Below are positions 39,341-52,090 of a stretch of DNA of 64,000 bases, in pieces. This DNA comes from Eledone cirrhosa (lineage: Eukaryota). The first letter of the stretch is position 1. Each line of letters opens with the position of its first letter. A program made the position numbers and the translations under genes. The notes beneath the pieces were generated by a model. That model made no database searches. It saw only the letters and a list, made by a program, of their open reading frames with translations, and was not told the origin of the DNA. The DNA is taken from the NCBI GenBank assembly GCA_964016885.1, contig OZ024746.1, positions 75,950,001 through 76,014,000 of the forward strand, given 5' to 3'.

Positions 39341-41501
39341 TTATATATATATACATTATATATACACAGATTTTTGTGAATCTATATGTTGAAGGTTTTC
39401 AGAAAGAATGCAATGGTTCAGAAGAACATGACATAGCAAAAACTGATGTTGTCTGTGTTTAAGAAAATAACAAACAGAAGATTTCAAAAGTATAATAAGG
39501 GGAAGATAACATTTAACAGTAAATAAATATTGATTGTTAAATTTAGATACATGTAAATATTCATAAACAAACAAACATGGATAAACAAATATTGATGTGT
39601 TGATGTGAATACATTTATGTAAATATGGAGGAAGGCTAACAATAGGGACAGATGCAGTTTTATAAAGACTCAGAAAAAAGAAATTATATTGACACAAATA
39701 TATCAGAATAATAATACATATATTATTTGTGTCTTTGCATGTATATATACACACATACGTGTGTGTGTAGCGTCAACATAATCATCATTGTATAGCTGTT
39801 TTTCCATGCATGTATATGTACATGTGTGTGTAAACAAGGCAATGTGACAAAATGGAAACAATATAAGTGTATGAATTGAATCATCACCTCATGAAATAGT
39901 CAATATAACAGGTTGTTGTTGTTCTGCTAACAAAAGCATGTTTTGTATTTTTTCTTTCTTTCTCTCATGACCCTATGACTCAGCTGACACATGTTCCTTT
40001 CCATTCAGCCCTTATCTTTAACCCTTTTGTGACTGCCAATGCATTTCTAATGAAGGATACTCTATTTCAATTGATTAGAGAAGAATTTTGAAGGATTTAT
40101 TTAGACTATTAATTATTTCATTACATCTTAACATATGATTCTTCCATAAAATTACTGTTTTTAAAAAATGAAAGCGATACCTTTTTTTTTCAAAGAAAAA
40201 GGCTTGGGGAAAAGGGTTATGTGTGTGTATATATATATATATAAAATCATCATCATCATTTTACGCCCGCTTTTCCCAGCTTGCAAGGGTGGGACAGGTC
40301 CTATTCAGCACAGCATCTCTCCACTTGTCACGAGATGCTGAATTATATTATATACTCATACTTTCAGTGTAAAGGATGCAGGCATATTTTGACCACAAAT
40401 CTTTAGGTTAAAAAATGTGCATCTTATAGGTACCAGAAAATATTATATATTAGAAGATTTTAATTTAAATAGGAACCCTTTAAAATGGATGATTTTGTTT
40501 CAAAGAATTAGAGCCACTTTTGGCTAGGTTGCTATCAAAAGGATTAAGGTTGTCTTTCCTCTGTTTTGTTTCAGCATTTCAATGATACTAGTTCAATGTC
40601 ATCATACTTTTTTGTAGATAGAAATTCTAAGAAAGCCCATTGTGTACACAAACACACACATTCATCGTTTTTACACTCTCTTTGTATTTGGAGTTCAGTT
40701 TTTCCTTTATTTATTTTTTCTTTTGTTAGAGGTCTCTGTTGACTTGTATCTCTTTTGTTACTCTTGACATCAGGAACATTGTGTTCTCAATATCATAGTG
40801 ACCTGATAAAAGATACCCAGTACACCTATTAAATTGTAGTGCTGGTGCCACAATAAAATACACTCAGTACACTCTGTAAAATGACATTGCAGGTGCTATG
40901 ATAAAATACACCCCTTGCACTGTAAGTGGTAGTGCTGGTGCCACGATAAAATGCACCCAGTACACTCTGTAATGTGGTTGTTATTCGGAAGGGCATATAG
41001 CTATAGAAACCATGCCAAGAATGAAATGTTATCTGGTCTTGGACAATGCCAACCTGTCCAACCCATGCCAGCATGCGAAATTGATGTAAACTAATAATGA
41101 TGTTGGTGGTGATAACGATTAATTTAATCCAACCGAAACTGGCATGAAAGTCTACAGATTTTTGTGACTTAAATAAAACTGTAATTATTTCAAAGTAGGT
41201 TTACTACACAATGAAAAATATAGCATAAAAAGTCAACTAGAACACCTTGCAAGATTTTAACTCCCCATGACTCATTGTAGATGTTTCAACAAATCTTTTT
41301 CCTTATTTAGTATGGTTCTTTGTTTGGGACATTTTATTTTCCTTATTGGTATCATTATTAACTTTCATTGGGTGGGTTTTCTTGTATCAATATTAATCTT
41401 AGTCAAAAGTAAACATTTGTAAAATGTCCTATTATTCATAGTCATACAGCTGAATGATTTTTTAAAAAATCATGTCATAGTCTTATGGTGAAATCATCAT
41501 T

Positions 41502-41532
<31 letters not shown>

Positions 41533-43433
41533 CTTGGCCTCTTTTCCATGCTTGCATTAGTTGGACTAAAGCATATGCAATTAGGGCATTTAGCCATAGA
41601 TATCATACCATGTGTAAAACTTATGAGTAAAATGAGCTCACTACGAGCTGTCTGGTCTCAGATCTTGACAACCTGTCTGATTTCGGACTGTGACAACCCA
41701 TCCAACCCATGCAAGCATGAAAAGTGAACATAAGATGATGATGATTATAAGGTGTACTGATCATGTTTTTTTCTGGCAACATGCCAGTTATGAGCAGGCC
41801 AAAGCCTGAAGCTTAGGTGGGTAACTTATCTGTCAATGGTTATATTTCTTGTTTTTAAAACCAAACTAGTTAAGTTTGGGTCTACAAAAATAAAAAAAAT
41901 GTCTGATATCTGGTAGACCAAGTGTGGAAAACCTCACCCATAGGACAACATTTCACTCAAATTCAAATTTGAAATTTACCACTGACAAGTTACTAAAATT
42001 CCATATGAAAAATAAACAGTAATCCTTAAGAACAAAGCAGTAAATTGATACAATAATTTATGTTCCTACTAATTTGTAAAATTAAAGATGTATTATTTTC
42101 CTTAGCACTGATGGTGCCCTACAGGTCTTTTTATGAACTTAAAATTTGTACAAAATAGATTCTGAGCTCCTGTGCTAAACAAAAAGTAAAGCAAGTAAAA
42201 TTTGAGATTTGCTTTTTATAGATATTTTCTTTGTCATTTGTAACTTAGACGTGGATTAGAGAAATCAGCATTGTGTGTTTGTTTGTAATGCTAGTAATCC
42301 AATATTTGCCATTATAGTTAATCCATTGATTTTCTAGCCTACAGTTTAACTTGGCTAGCTGTAGGTGGTGGCTAAGTTAGTAGGACAACAGCCAGTTCAT
42401 ATCATATCCTGTCCTCAATTCTGCATTGTATCTATGACTGATATATTTAGTTATTTATAGGAGAATCTACCTTACAATGCCTGAAGGCATGTGGCTTCAT
42501 GGTTAGTGTGTTGGACTTACTATTATAATGTCATGGGTTTGACTGGATGATGCATTGTGTTCTTGAGCGAAGCGCTTCATTTAATGTTGCTCCATTACAC
42601 TCAGATAAAAATGAGTATTAACAGTAGCTATGGGTTAATCTCACAATGGACTGACATCTTGTCCAGAGGAAAGTCTAGTACTTTCAGTCACTTTATGCTG
42701 ATGAAACCAATATAAGCATTGGTCTGGCGGTGGTTGGAACCTTACAATGAGACAGCAAATTGGTAGAGTTGTTAAAATGTCAGCTAGAATATTTTATGAT
42801 ATTTGTTTCAACTCCTTGCATTCTGTGTTCAAATCCCGATGAGGTCAATTTTACTTTTTTTCAATACCAATCCAGTCCAATTCTGAGGTTGATCCTTCCT
42901 CCCCCTTTCTCTCTCTCTTTGTCCTTCTCTCTTTCCTTCTCTCTCTCTTTTCTCTCCCCGTCTTTATATATTATATCATCATCACCGTTTTACGTCCGTT
43001 CTTCCACGCTAGCATGGGTTAGACGGGTTGTCCTGTTGTGGGCAGTGTCTGGTCGGCTGACCATGCCTTGCTCATACAGGAACTGATCTGGCTTGATTTC
43101 TACAGCTGGATGCCCTTCCTAACACCAACCTCATTTACAGTGAGTGCTGGGTGCTTTTTCGTGGCGCCTACACGTCCACTTTACAGTGTGGGCTGGGTGC
43201 TTTTTTGCCGTGGCACCTCCACGACCACCTTGCGGGGGGGGGGGGGGGGGGCATATTGTTTATATGCTTCAGCATGTACCCATGGGAGGTCGGGTACCCT
43301 GTATTACTGCGTGACGCCAGAAGTCACGGTCGTGTGTCATTGACTTTGAGAGGTGTAGTTGGGTAAGGTCGGCTTTTATCACCTCATCCCAAGTCATCTT
43401 GGGTCTCCCCACTCCGCGGTTTCCATCAACTTC

Positions 43434-43470
<37 letters not shown>

Positions 43471-43505
43471 ATATATAAGACAGGGGGAGATGATGATAAT
43501 GATAC

Positions 43506-43951
43506 ACTAGACCTGAAAAATGCACAAGCTCAAAAGAGCCACAGAATGTTATAATAAACCTTCAAAAGTGTAGGACTAGAGTTGTTGCTCAAAAATATTG
43601 TAATCATTATCTATCGTACACTCTGTGGCATCCTTTTATAAAAAAGAGACTCATAACGAACTCAAGACGACACGATAATTATTTGAGCTAATGTTCAATA
43701 TCTCATATTAGATGTTTAGTAATGATTAATACAAAATGCACTTAAACCGAATTCTATATTATAAATTCACTTAAATAATTATCGTGTCGTCTTGAGTTCG
43801 TTACGAGTCTCTTTTTTATAAAAGGATGCCACAGAGTGTACGATAGATAAGGATTACAATATTTTTGAGCAACAACTCTAGTCCCACACTTTTGAAGGTT
43901 TATTATAACATTCTGTGGCTCTTTTGAGCTTGCGCATTTTTCAGGTCTAGT
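43506..43951. repeat. Long inverted repeat (179-bp arms, 88-bp spacer), probable fold-back element
   Basis: 43506-43684 is the reverse complement of 43773-43951, with 4 mismatches and no indels. Confidence 0.97.
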
Positions 43952-44989
43952 TTAATATTTTTTTAAGGCAACGCTTGTAATAACTCTAGTTAAACATGAT
44001 ATATATTAATAATAAATTATCGTTGTAATGATTATATAATTGTTATTTTATAAATGATCTTATAAATATTATTGTAAGATGTATAAAAATATTTTCAGAC
44101 TTTTAATATAAACAACTACAAAAAACAATCAATATTAAATAAATATATTTTACATAATAATTGTTATAGTTGAATTAATAAAAATTAAATATTACATACA
44201 AATAGTCTAACATAATAATAAAAAAATAATCTAACATAATAATAATAAAATAATCTAACATAAAACAAACAATAATATGGACAAATATACAAGTAAATAT
44301 GATACAACCAATATTATAAGCATGTTATAACGAACTGAAAAAAAAAATAGTTGATATAAGTTTAAAAATCATATATAAATTAACAATATAACTTACCAAA
44401 AAGAGAAAAATATTTTGATGATAAACGACGAAATACAGGAGGAAGATTCTAAAGCGAAACGATAAATAAACGTGCAAACAAAATGGCGGATGCTTTTGAG
44501 CAACAATTACTCTCGTTGGTTGATTAGCCAATAAGACGATACATTACAAAACATGTTTGGCAGCGATCACCACGGCCAGCGACACCCCTTGAATTTTTTA
44601 TTCACAAGCTATGTATATATGTCAGACACGCAGACTTAAAACATTCTGTTGTTAGTCACTGCATGTCTAACAGATATACACTGAGTGAGTCAATGCATTT
44701 TTATTGCAAGGTTCACAGATAACCTTTTGAACATTCACTTATTTGTGTGTCATAAGCCATGTTTTGTGCATTTTCTTACATTTTTAAAAACTATTTTTGT
44801 TTAATGTATTCATAATTTTGTACTGTATGACCAGCATTTTGGTAAATATTATCATTTGGAATATAAATCTTGTACACATAGCAAACAATTACTCATTACT
44901 TTTAGTCCGAATCAATGACTGAACATAATAGAATAAAATTCCCATTGTCACTGCCTCTGTCTCTCTCGTTCTCCCCATGTCTCACTTAT

Positions 44990-45282
44990 TATAAGCAAAT
45001 GGGGGCCCACATGCTGGCTGCCCCATGGCCCCAGTGGACAGAATAGAGAAGGCGTTTCCTTGGAGGATGGTGAGGGAGACATGTTGGAATGGCCATTCCA
45101 GCTCGCGAGGCTCACACCTGCTGCTAGCCAACTCCGTGCCAATGATGGTGAGTAGGGAGGTGATCCAAGGGCCAAGGACACCAGAAGTCTCCACTGCTAC
45201 GGACTCGGCCACAAACCTGTCGGAGAGCAACCAATATTTGGAGAGTTTACCCTCCTCGGCCTGAAGTGCAGCAGAGCCTGGA
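44990..45282 (-). mobile_element. CRE-like non-LTR element C-terminal fragment
   Basis: AEEGKLSKY...VAVETSGVLGP...QHVSLTILQGNAFSI resembles the AVETxG / QRGNA motifs of CRE-clade endonuclease domains. Confidence 0.72.
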
Positions 45283-46175
45283 TTATCTTAAAAGAATTAT
45301 TTGAAAATCATAAGCAATGTCTTTCTTTAGAAATATGGTAATAAAAGGGTTAATACAAACAGAAATTAATTGAACCTATATATGACTCATGGAAGCCTCC
45401 TGTGTTAAAAGGTCAAGTGACAACTATGCAGCAGATCCATATGTCTGAAAGTTCAACCAAATAAATAAATAAATAAATAGAGCAAGGAAGAGGTGGAGAA
45501 AGTAAAGATCGCTGAGACCTACCAAAAACTCATCAGTAACTTGTCACTGACACAATTCGACAATGGAATTGTGTCAGTGACCAGGTTACAAAAATCACAG
45601 AAAATCTTTGACACTTCAAAAAATAAACAAAAAAAGGAATATAACAGATTTTGTGCTTTCTTAAATCACTAACGATTTTATTTCTGATAAACAATAGGAT
45701 AGTTTATTTTTTTATTTTCGTATTTCTTTAAAGATTTAATGTGTGTGTGTGTGTCTGTGTTTACATTTGTGTTTATGTTTTGAAAAAAAATCATTAACTT
45801 TTATTGCTCTACTCTTCACCATTTCCTCTAGTATGAAGACTCTCATAATCTCTGTTCAACATTTCATAACAATGCTTCGTTGCATCAGTCCAAACCACAT
45901 TTCAACTGTTTTGTTATTCCTCACATATAATTTGTTGTTCAATAAACATACTTAACATACATCTACAGCATTCATAGAATTCTGTTAGTTGCCAATAGAC
46001 ACAGTTGCCAACTTTCTAGTCATTCAAAGAAAACAATATGAAAATTGAATTGAAACCATTGTTTTTCATAATCTGACTGATTGGTTTTCCACTTGAAAAA
46101 TATTGCATATCATACTTCTTGTTCGTTATCAATTGTAAATTTCAAGAATGCAGTGTGTGTGTGTGTGTGTGTGTG

Positions 46176-46240
<65 letters not shown>

Positions 46241-46871
46241 GTGTGTGTGTGTATAACACATGCAATCCTCGTAACTGTCCTGTTATCTTGCCTTGGTTTG
46301 TCACTGGACACATAGCTGTGGGGATGAAGTGGGTGCTATGTGTGTAGCACTGCCATCTTTATGAGCAGATATTTCTTCGCAAGTCCCACAGTGGTGGAGG
46401 AGGAGTGGCAACATGTGTAGATTCTACCAGTTAGAAACACATAGTCACAAATCTACATGTGGGTGGCTCGAGTCTTATCCTAACATTGCTGCATACTTAA
46501 CCTGGACAGCAACATGCTTCGGCAGAGTCTTGAGCATCTGAGCAGCTCTTTTGGGGGACGTTCTGCTCACTCATACCACATGGGAATGGTCTAGAAAAGG
46601 TGACCAAAATAAAGCCTATTCAGTCATCAAACTGGCTAGCAGCATCCAGTTGGTGGTGGTTCATAATAGCAGGGAATTTGTTGAAGCCATGACTGTCTTC
46701 CGTAAAGAAGTGGCAGTTATCATATGTGTATATATATAAATATGTGTGTGTATATGTATGTATATATATGAATATATATATATGTGTGTGTGTGTGTGTA
46801 TAAATGACGATGAAATTATGTATTAATATAGTTATATCTGCCTTATGTTTATCTTTCTGTTGTTTTTACAG

Positions 46872-47018
46872 GTAGACATGCCAGTATTTTTCTACATTGA
46901 TCCTGACTTTGTGGAAGACCCTAAACTGGAGAATGTGGATACAATAACACTATCTTATACATTTTTTGAAGCAAAAGATGGGCTGAAGCTGCCAATGCCA
47001 AACTACATCACAAACTAA
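46872..47018 (+). CDS. COX11: Terminal coding exon of cytochrome c oxidase copper chaperone COX11
   Basis: A polypyrimidine tract and acceptor (ttctgttgtttttacAG, ends 46871) precede a phase-0 frame reading VDMPVFFYIDPDFVEDPKLENVDTITLSYTFFEAKDGLKLPMPNYITN, ending in TAA at 47016-47018. VDMPVFFYIDP and ITLSYTFF are the conserved COX11/CtaG C-terminal motifs. The exon is shorter than the ORF-track cutoff. Confidence 0.96.
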   Translation, partial: VDMPVFFYIDPDFVEDPKLENVDTITLSYTFFEAKDGLKLPMPNYITN

Positions 47019-47132
47019 AAGTACACACCTTAATAATATACACCTTTGGTAGTACAGAGATTCTGAAAGACTAGTAATGTTATTTATGATGTTATTTGTT
47101 TTATATTATGGTTTGGATTACAGTGTATGAGG

Positions 47133-47138
47133 AATAAA
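47133..47138 (+). promoter_or_regulatory. Candidate proximal polyadenylation signal of COX11
   Basis: AATAAA 115 nt after the stop codon. Further AATAAA copies at 48121 and 48232 are alternatives. Confidence 0.45.
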
Positions 47139-47541
47139 TGTGCTTAGTGTAATTACTGCTACCAAAAAGCATATTTGAAACAGGGCTACATATTACCTTA
47201 TAGAACTTGATATCTTCCAATGTGCTCTGCAACTGAATAGTTTATGGCTTAAATACTATATATGATATAGAGTAATATAGAAATTAGATGTCATTGATGC
47301 CTGCAGCCGGATGCTGTCTGTTGCTCCTATACCAGTAATTAGTGCAGGCTGGTTGTTGTTATGCTGAGAGTAGGAGTATGGTTTTGAAGGACATGATTGA
47401 TTTTTACTTCATGTCTTGTGGTGTATATCTAGTGAGTGGGTTGAACATAGGTTTATAGATTGCATTTATTTCAGTTTGTGGATAGCATTGGTTCAGGGTA
47501 GATTTGTTTGAGTGCAAGTAAAGACAATTGATTGTCATAGT

Positions 47542-47575
<34 letters not shown>

Positions 47576-47703
47576 CGTAGGGTAAATATTGATGCAATTC
47601 AATTCAAGCACTCAACGTACTTTTTCCACATAGGAGTGACGGAGTAAATATCGAATAAGTAAAAGCGAAGTAGTTTCAGATGTTCAAGTCCTTTAATAAT
47701 AAT

Positions 47704-47777
47704 GCTGTGATATATATTTCAATGACGACACTGGCCACACTGTTCTGTGTGCGAGTGTCGTGACATCATCAGACAGC
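47704..47777 (-). ncRNA. Minimal type-I hammerhead ribozyme motif downstream of the COX11 stop
   Basis: Minus strand reads GCUGU CUGAUGA UGUCACGACACU...AGUGUCGUCAUU GAAA UAUAUA UC^ACAGC. Stem I is a perfect 5 bp and stem II is long, but its basal pair is U-U, which may impair activity. Confidence 0.78.
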
Positions 47778-50299
47778 TTGTTACATAATAAGGTTATGTT
47801 TCCGAGGCAATCCAAGTTGTCCATTCTTCAAATATGTCACTTCATACAACAGTGAATTATCCCACCTGAAATATCTAATGCAATGTCCATATCATAGCTT
47901 TTTGGGTCCTTAACTTCTGATGGATTCATAGAGGTGCAGTCGAGATATACATAATGCCAGGGCATTTTAAAATTGTACATATAGTATACACAAAATATTT
48001 AGTTATATTAAATCATATGGTTGTTAAGTGAGTAGTGGCTGTATTTGCAAAATAGTAAAATCTGATATAGAAGAAAAAAGATGAAATTGATTTGATTAAA
48101 CTGTTTTTTTGTTTTTTTTTAATAAATGTAATCCTTGATTTTTTGTTTGTTTTTGTTGTAAAGCTATCTTTATTATTTAAACAAAGAGATGAAAATATTT
48201 GATTCAGAATGATGTATCGATTGAGTCATTTAATAAAACTCAAAACTAACTTAGAAATGAAATGAAATGTAATATGTAAATGAATTATAAACAATAATTT
48301 TTAATATAGGAGCAAGGTCAGAAATCTTGGGTAGGAGTACAGTTAATTACATAAACTCCAATATTTGACTGGTACACTATTTTAATGACAGCCTCCACTC
48401 TCTACTGGAAGGATGAAAGGTTGAAGTTGATCATGGCAGTATTTGAAGTTAAAGAGTTGTAACCAAATACCACAAAGCATTTTGCCTGACACTAACTATT
48501 CTGCCAATACACCACCCTAGTAATAATAATAATGTATAGTTAATACGAAGCATTGTCAGATATGTAATAAATGACTGATAAGTTTCCAAAAGGCAGTACA
48601 AGGCAGTAGACATTTCTAAAGAGCAAAGGATGACAAATAAAACAAAACAAAGTAATGTTTTACCAAATATATTTCAACATAATATTTTAAATGTGAAACG
48701 GAAACAGTTGAAAGTACAAAGACCAGTTAAGGAAAAACACATCAATCATTCGTTTTTGTTTTGAACCTTTTGTTATCCTTCACCCTTTATATATTTCTAT
48801 TGCATTACACTAGCTTTTTAAAAAAAATAAATAACAACAACAACACTAATAATAATAATAATAATAATTGTTTCTACTTTTGGCACAAGGCCAGCAATTA
48901 TTCCAGTGCATTACTGGTACTTTATTTTATCGAGGATGAAAGGCAAAGTTAACCTCGGCAGGATTTGAACTCAGATCATAAGGGGAGGTAACTCTATGCT
49001 TCAAAGCATGGCGTCCGACCCTCTACCGATACTGCCAATCCACCACCCTAATAATAATTGTTTCTACTTTAGGCACAAGGGCAGCAATTACCCAGTGCAT
49101 TACTGGTACTTTATTTTATCGACCCCGTAAGGATGAAAGGCAAAGTCAACTTCGGCGGGATTTGAACTCAGATCGTAATAATGAAACAGCAACAATACCA
49201 ATAATAATAATAATTTTTAACTTTTATTATGTTTTATATTTTTTATTCAAGATATCAAACAGTTATGTTTTCACAGTTATGATTTTTTTAAAATACAAAT
49301 AAAAGTTGTTAAAAAACAGATATGATGCTTGGCTTTGTTTTGTTTTTTCTTCAATGTTTCCAATTTAAAAAAAATAAGTTGTGCATCATTTAATGTAATT
49401 GCTGTTGTTGTTTATCTCCAGGTCAGTTCTGGTTAAGCAGACCTAGGATCTGACGATGTTGCAGCCATGACCAATCACACAATCTTTTATTTATACATAT
49501 TGTGAAATGGTTGGTCGTGGGAAGGGCATCAAGTCATAGAAACCATGTCAAAATATGGATTGTATTAGTAAGATGTAGTCTCTCAGACCCATATAATTTT
49601 AGACCATGGTAGCCTGTGCAAGGAATGTAGGTGTTAAATGGTGATGATTTAGGATCATATTATCTAATAAATTGTACTGGCTACTTTTTCTTAAAAATAC
49701 AGTAGAATGTGAATTGAAAAATATTTTAGCTTCTACTCTTAGTAGGTCATGCTGACTGCATTGAGGTTCCATCATTTGTTTATTCTAATTATTAAGTAGT
49801 GTGTATGTGATGACATCTACAACATAGTATATAAGTAAGTCATGAAATTATTAATTACCTTAAGTTTATGATCTGTGCAGGTATGGTGCTGATAAATACA
49901 GGCATAGCCATGTGGTTAAGGAATTTGCTTCACAACCATGTGCTCTGGGATTCAGTCCCACTGCAAGGCATAGCACCTTGGGTAAGTGTTCTCTACTATA
50001 GCCTTGTGTTGACTAAGTATAAATGAAATTTGATCAATGGAAACTGTGCAAAAGCCTGCTGTAACTATATGTACATATATATATCATCATCATCATCATC
50101 ATCATCGCTAGCATGGGTTGGATGAGTTTGTCCCACTTGAGGAAAGAATGGTCGGGTGACCATGTCTCGCTCATTCAGAACTGTTTCTGTCGGGTTTTCT
50201 ATGGCTGAATGCCCTTCCTAACACTAACCACATTTACAGTGTGGACTGGGAGCCTTTTTACCGTGTCTCCTAAATGGAAACAACAAAGCAAACAATACA

Positions 50300-51055
50300 G
50301 TACAATACAACCAGTGAGCCAAGATATTTGAACTCCTGCACCTGCTCAATCTGAATGTCATCAAGATGCACAATGGCTGGTGAGCCATCTGTTGTTAGAA
50401 CTTTTGTCTTGTCCGCATTGATCCTGAGACAAGAAGGCCAAGCGAAGCGAGCAATGTTGCACAAGACATCTGTTGCTTCGGTGTCATTGCTGGTGAAAAT
50501 GGCGCTGTCATCGGCAAACATGAGGTTGGTCATGGAGGCACATGGCTTAGAGGTTAGAGCATTGGCCTTGCAATCGAAAGGTTGTGAGTTCAATTCTCAG
50601 ACCGGGTGATGTGTTGTTTCCTTGAGCAAGACACTTTATTTCACATTGCTCCAGTTTACTCAGCTGTAGAAATGAGATGATAGGGACTGGGGTCCCTATC
50701 ATTCCACTGCAAAGTGGTCGTGGAGGTGCCACGGCAAAAAAGCACCCAGCACTCACTGTAAATGAGGTTGGTGTTAGGAAGGGCATCCAGCTGTAGAAAT
50801 CAAGCCAGAATCAGTTCCCGTCCCACCCGTGCAAGCAGGGAAAAAGCGGACGTAAAATGAAATGAAACTGTACACTGCTTCATCCTTCGAAAACTTGCCG
50901 TATGATGCTGTCATTGATAACATTAAACAGTAGAGGCGAGACCAAATCTCTTTGTCTCACGCCTGTCCTGATGGCAAATTCCTTAGAGAGGTCATTTCTT
51001 ATCTGAACCAGGCTTGTTGAACCAACATAGGCTGAGTGTATGAGCATAATGTTGG
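50300..51055 (-). pseudogene. Reverse transcriptase fragment of a second RTE-like LINE, interrupted by SINE B
   Basis: TGVRQRDLVSPLLFN lies upstream of the SINE and LMFADD...KTKV...FKYLGS downstream of it. Confidence 0.85.
50534..50866 (+). mobile_element. tRNA/CORE-like SINE family B with RTE-type 3' end
   Basis: tRNA head (tggcttagagg...gagttcaattc), CORE-like tccttgagcaagacactt, ggaagggcatcc body and (GAAAT)n tail. A near-identical 5'-truncated copy lies at 3466-3740 and a 3' piece at 51318-51413. Confidence 0.85.
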
Positions 51056-51729
51056 CCCTTCATAATAATGTATCCTCCACAATAATGGATCCTTTGGCAT
51101 TAAGAAAGGCATCTAGCCTTAAATGTTGCCTCAAAATGTCTCATCCAACTCATACTAGCAGGGTAAATGGATGAAAAAACAATTATGATCTTTTATTGTG
51201 TAATATGTTTTATTACTCATCACATTATTAATAACCTTTACTACTTCTATACAAAGATAAACGTGGAAATAACTAATTGCTGGGTTTTACTTCAGAATTC
51301 TTTAGTATCATCATCAGGGCATCCAGCTGTAGAAATCAAGCCAGAATCAGTTCCCGTCCCACCCTTGCAAGCAGGGAAAAGCGGACGTAAAATGAAATGA
51401 TGATGATGATGATCACTCAATTAAATACCTTTAAAATGAAGAATTACATCTTTTGGAAAAAAAAGGTTTCCATTTAAACTATTAAAAACAGATGTAGGGA
51501 ACACTATAAAGCAGAAGAAAGTTCCCTTCAATATGAGTCAGTAACCTGATTTTGATTCCAGGGTTTGTAGCTGTTCAACTTCAGCTGTAATTACTGCCTT
51601 TGGAGAAGGCTTGGCACTTACAACTTCCTATCTGCCTTCCTCTGCAAATTTGAGATCTTTTACTTCCACATGAAAGCCATATATAGAAAATTGTTTATTT
51701 CAGAGATTTTAAAACTTTTTTTAATACCA

Positions 51730-52090
51730 ACTGCCTCTGATAGTATATTACAAACTGCTACATAAGACTACCTCTGATAGTATATTACAAACTGGCACAT
51801 AAGACTACCTCTGATAGTATATTACAAACTGCTACATAAGACTACCTCTGATAGTATATTACCAACTGGCATATAAGACTACTTCTGATACCATGTTACC
51901 AACTGGCACATAAGATTACCTCTCATACGATGTTACCAACTACTACATAAGACTACCTCTGATACAATGATACCAACTGGTACATAAGACTACCTCTCAT
52001 ACAATGTTACCAACTGGCACATAAGACTACCTCTCATAGTATGTTACACACAGCTATATAAGACTGTTTCTGTGACCATGCTACCAACTG
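51730..52090. repeat. 37-bp minisatellite, about 9.5 units
   Basis: acataagact-like anchors at 51760, 51797, 51834, 51871, 51908, 51945, 51982, 52019 and 52056. Confidence 0.95.

Noticed and set aside
47940-47985. GIY-YIG-like peptide TILKCPGIMYI upstream of the hammerhead
   Set aside because: It is too short and degenerate, and is followed by a stop.
51730-52090. CRISPR-like 37-bp periodicity
   Set aside because: The whole period is repeated, with no unique spacers.
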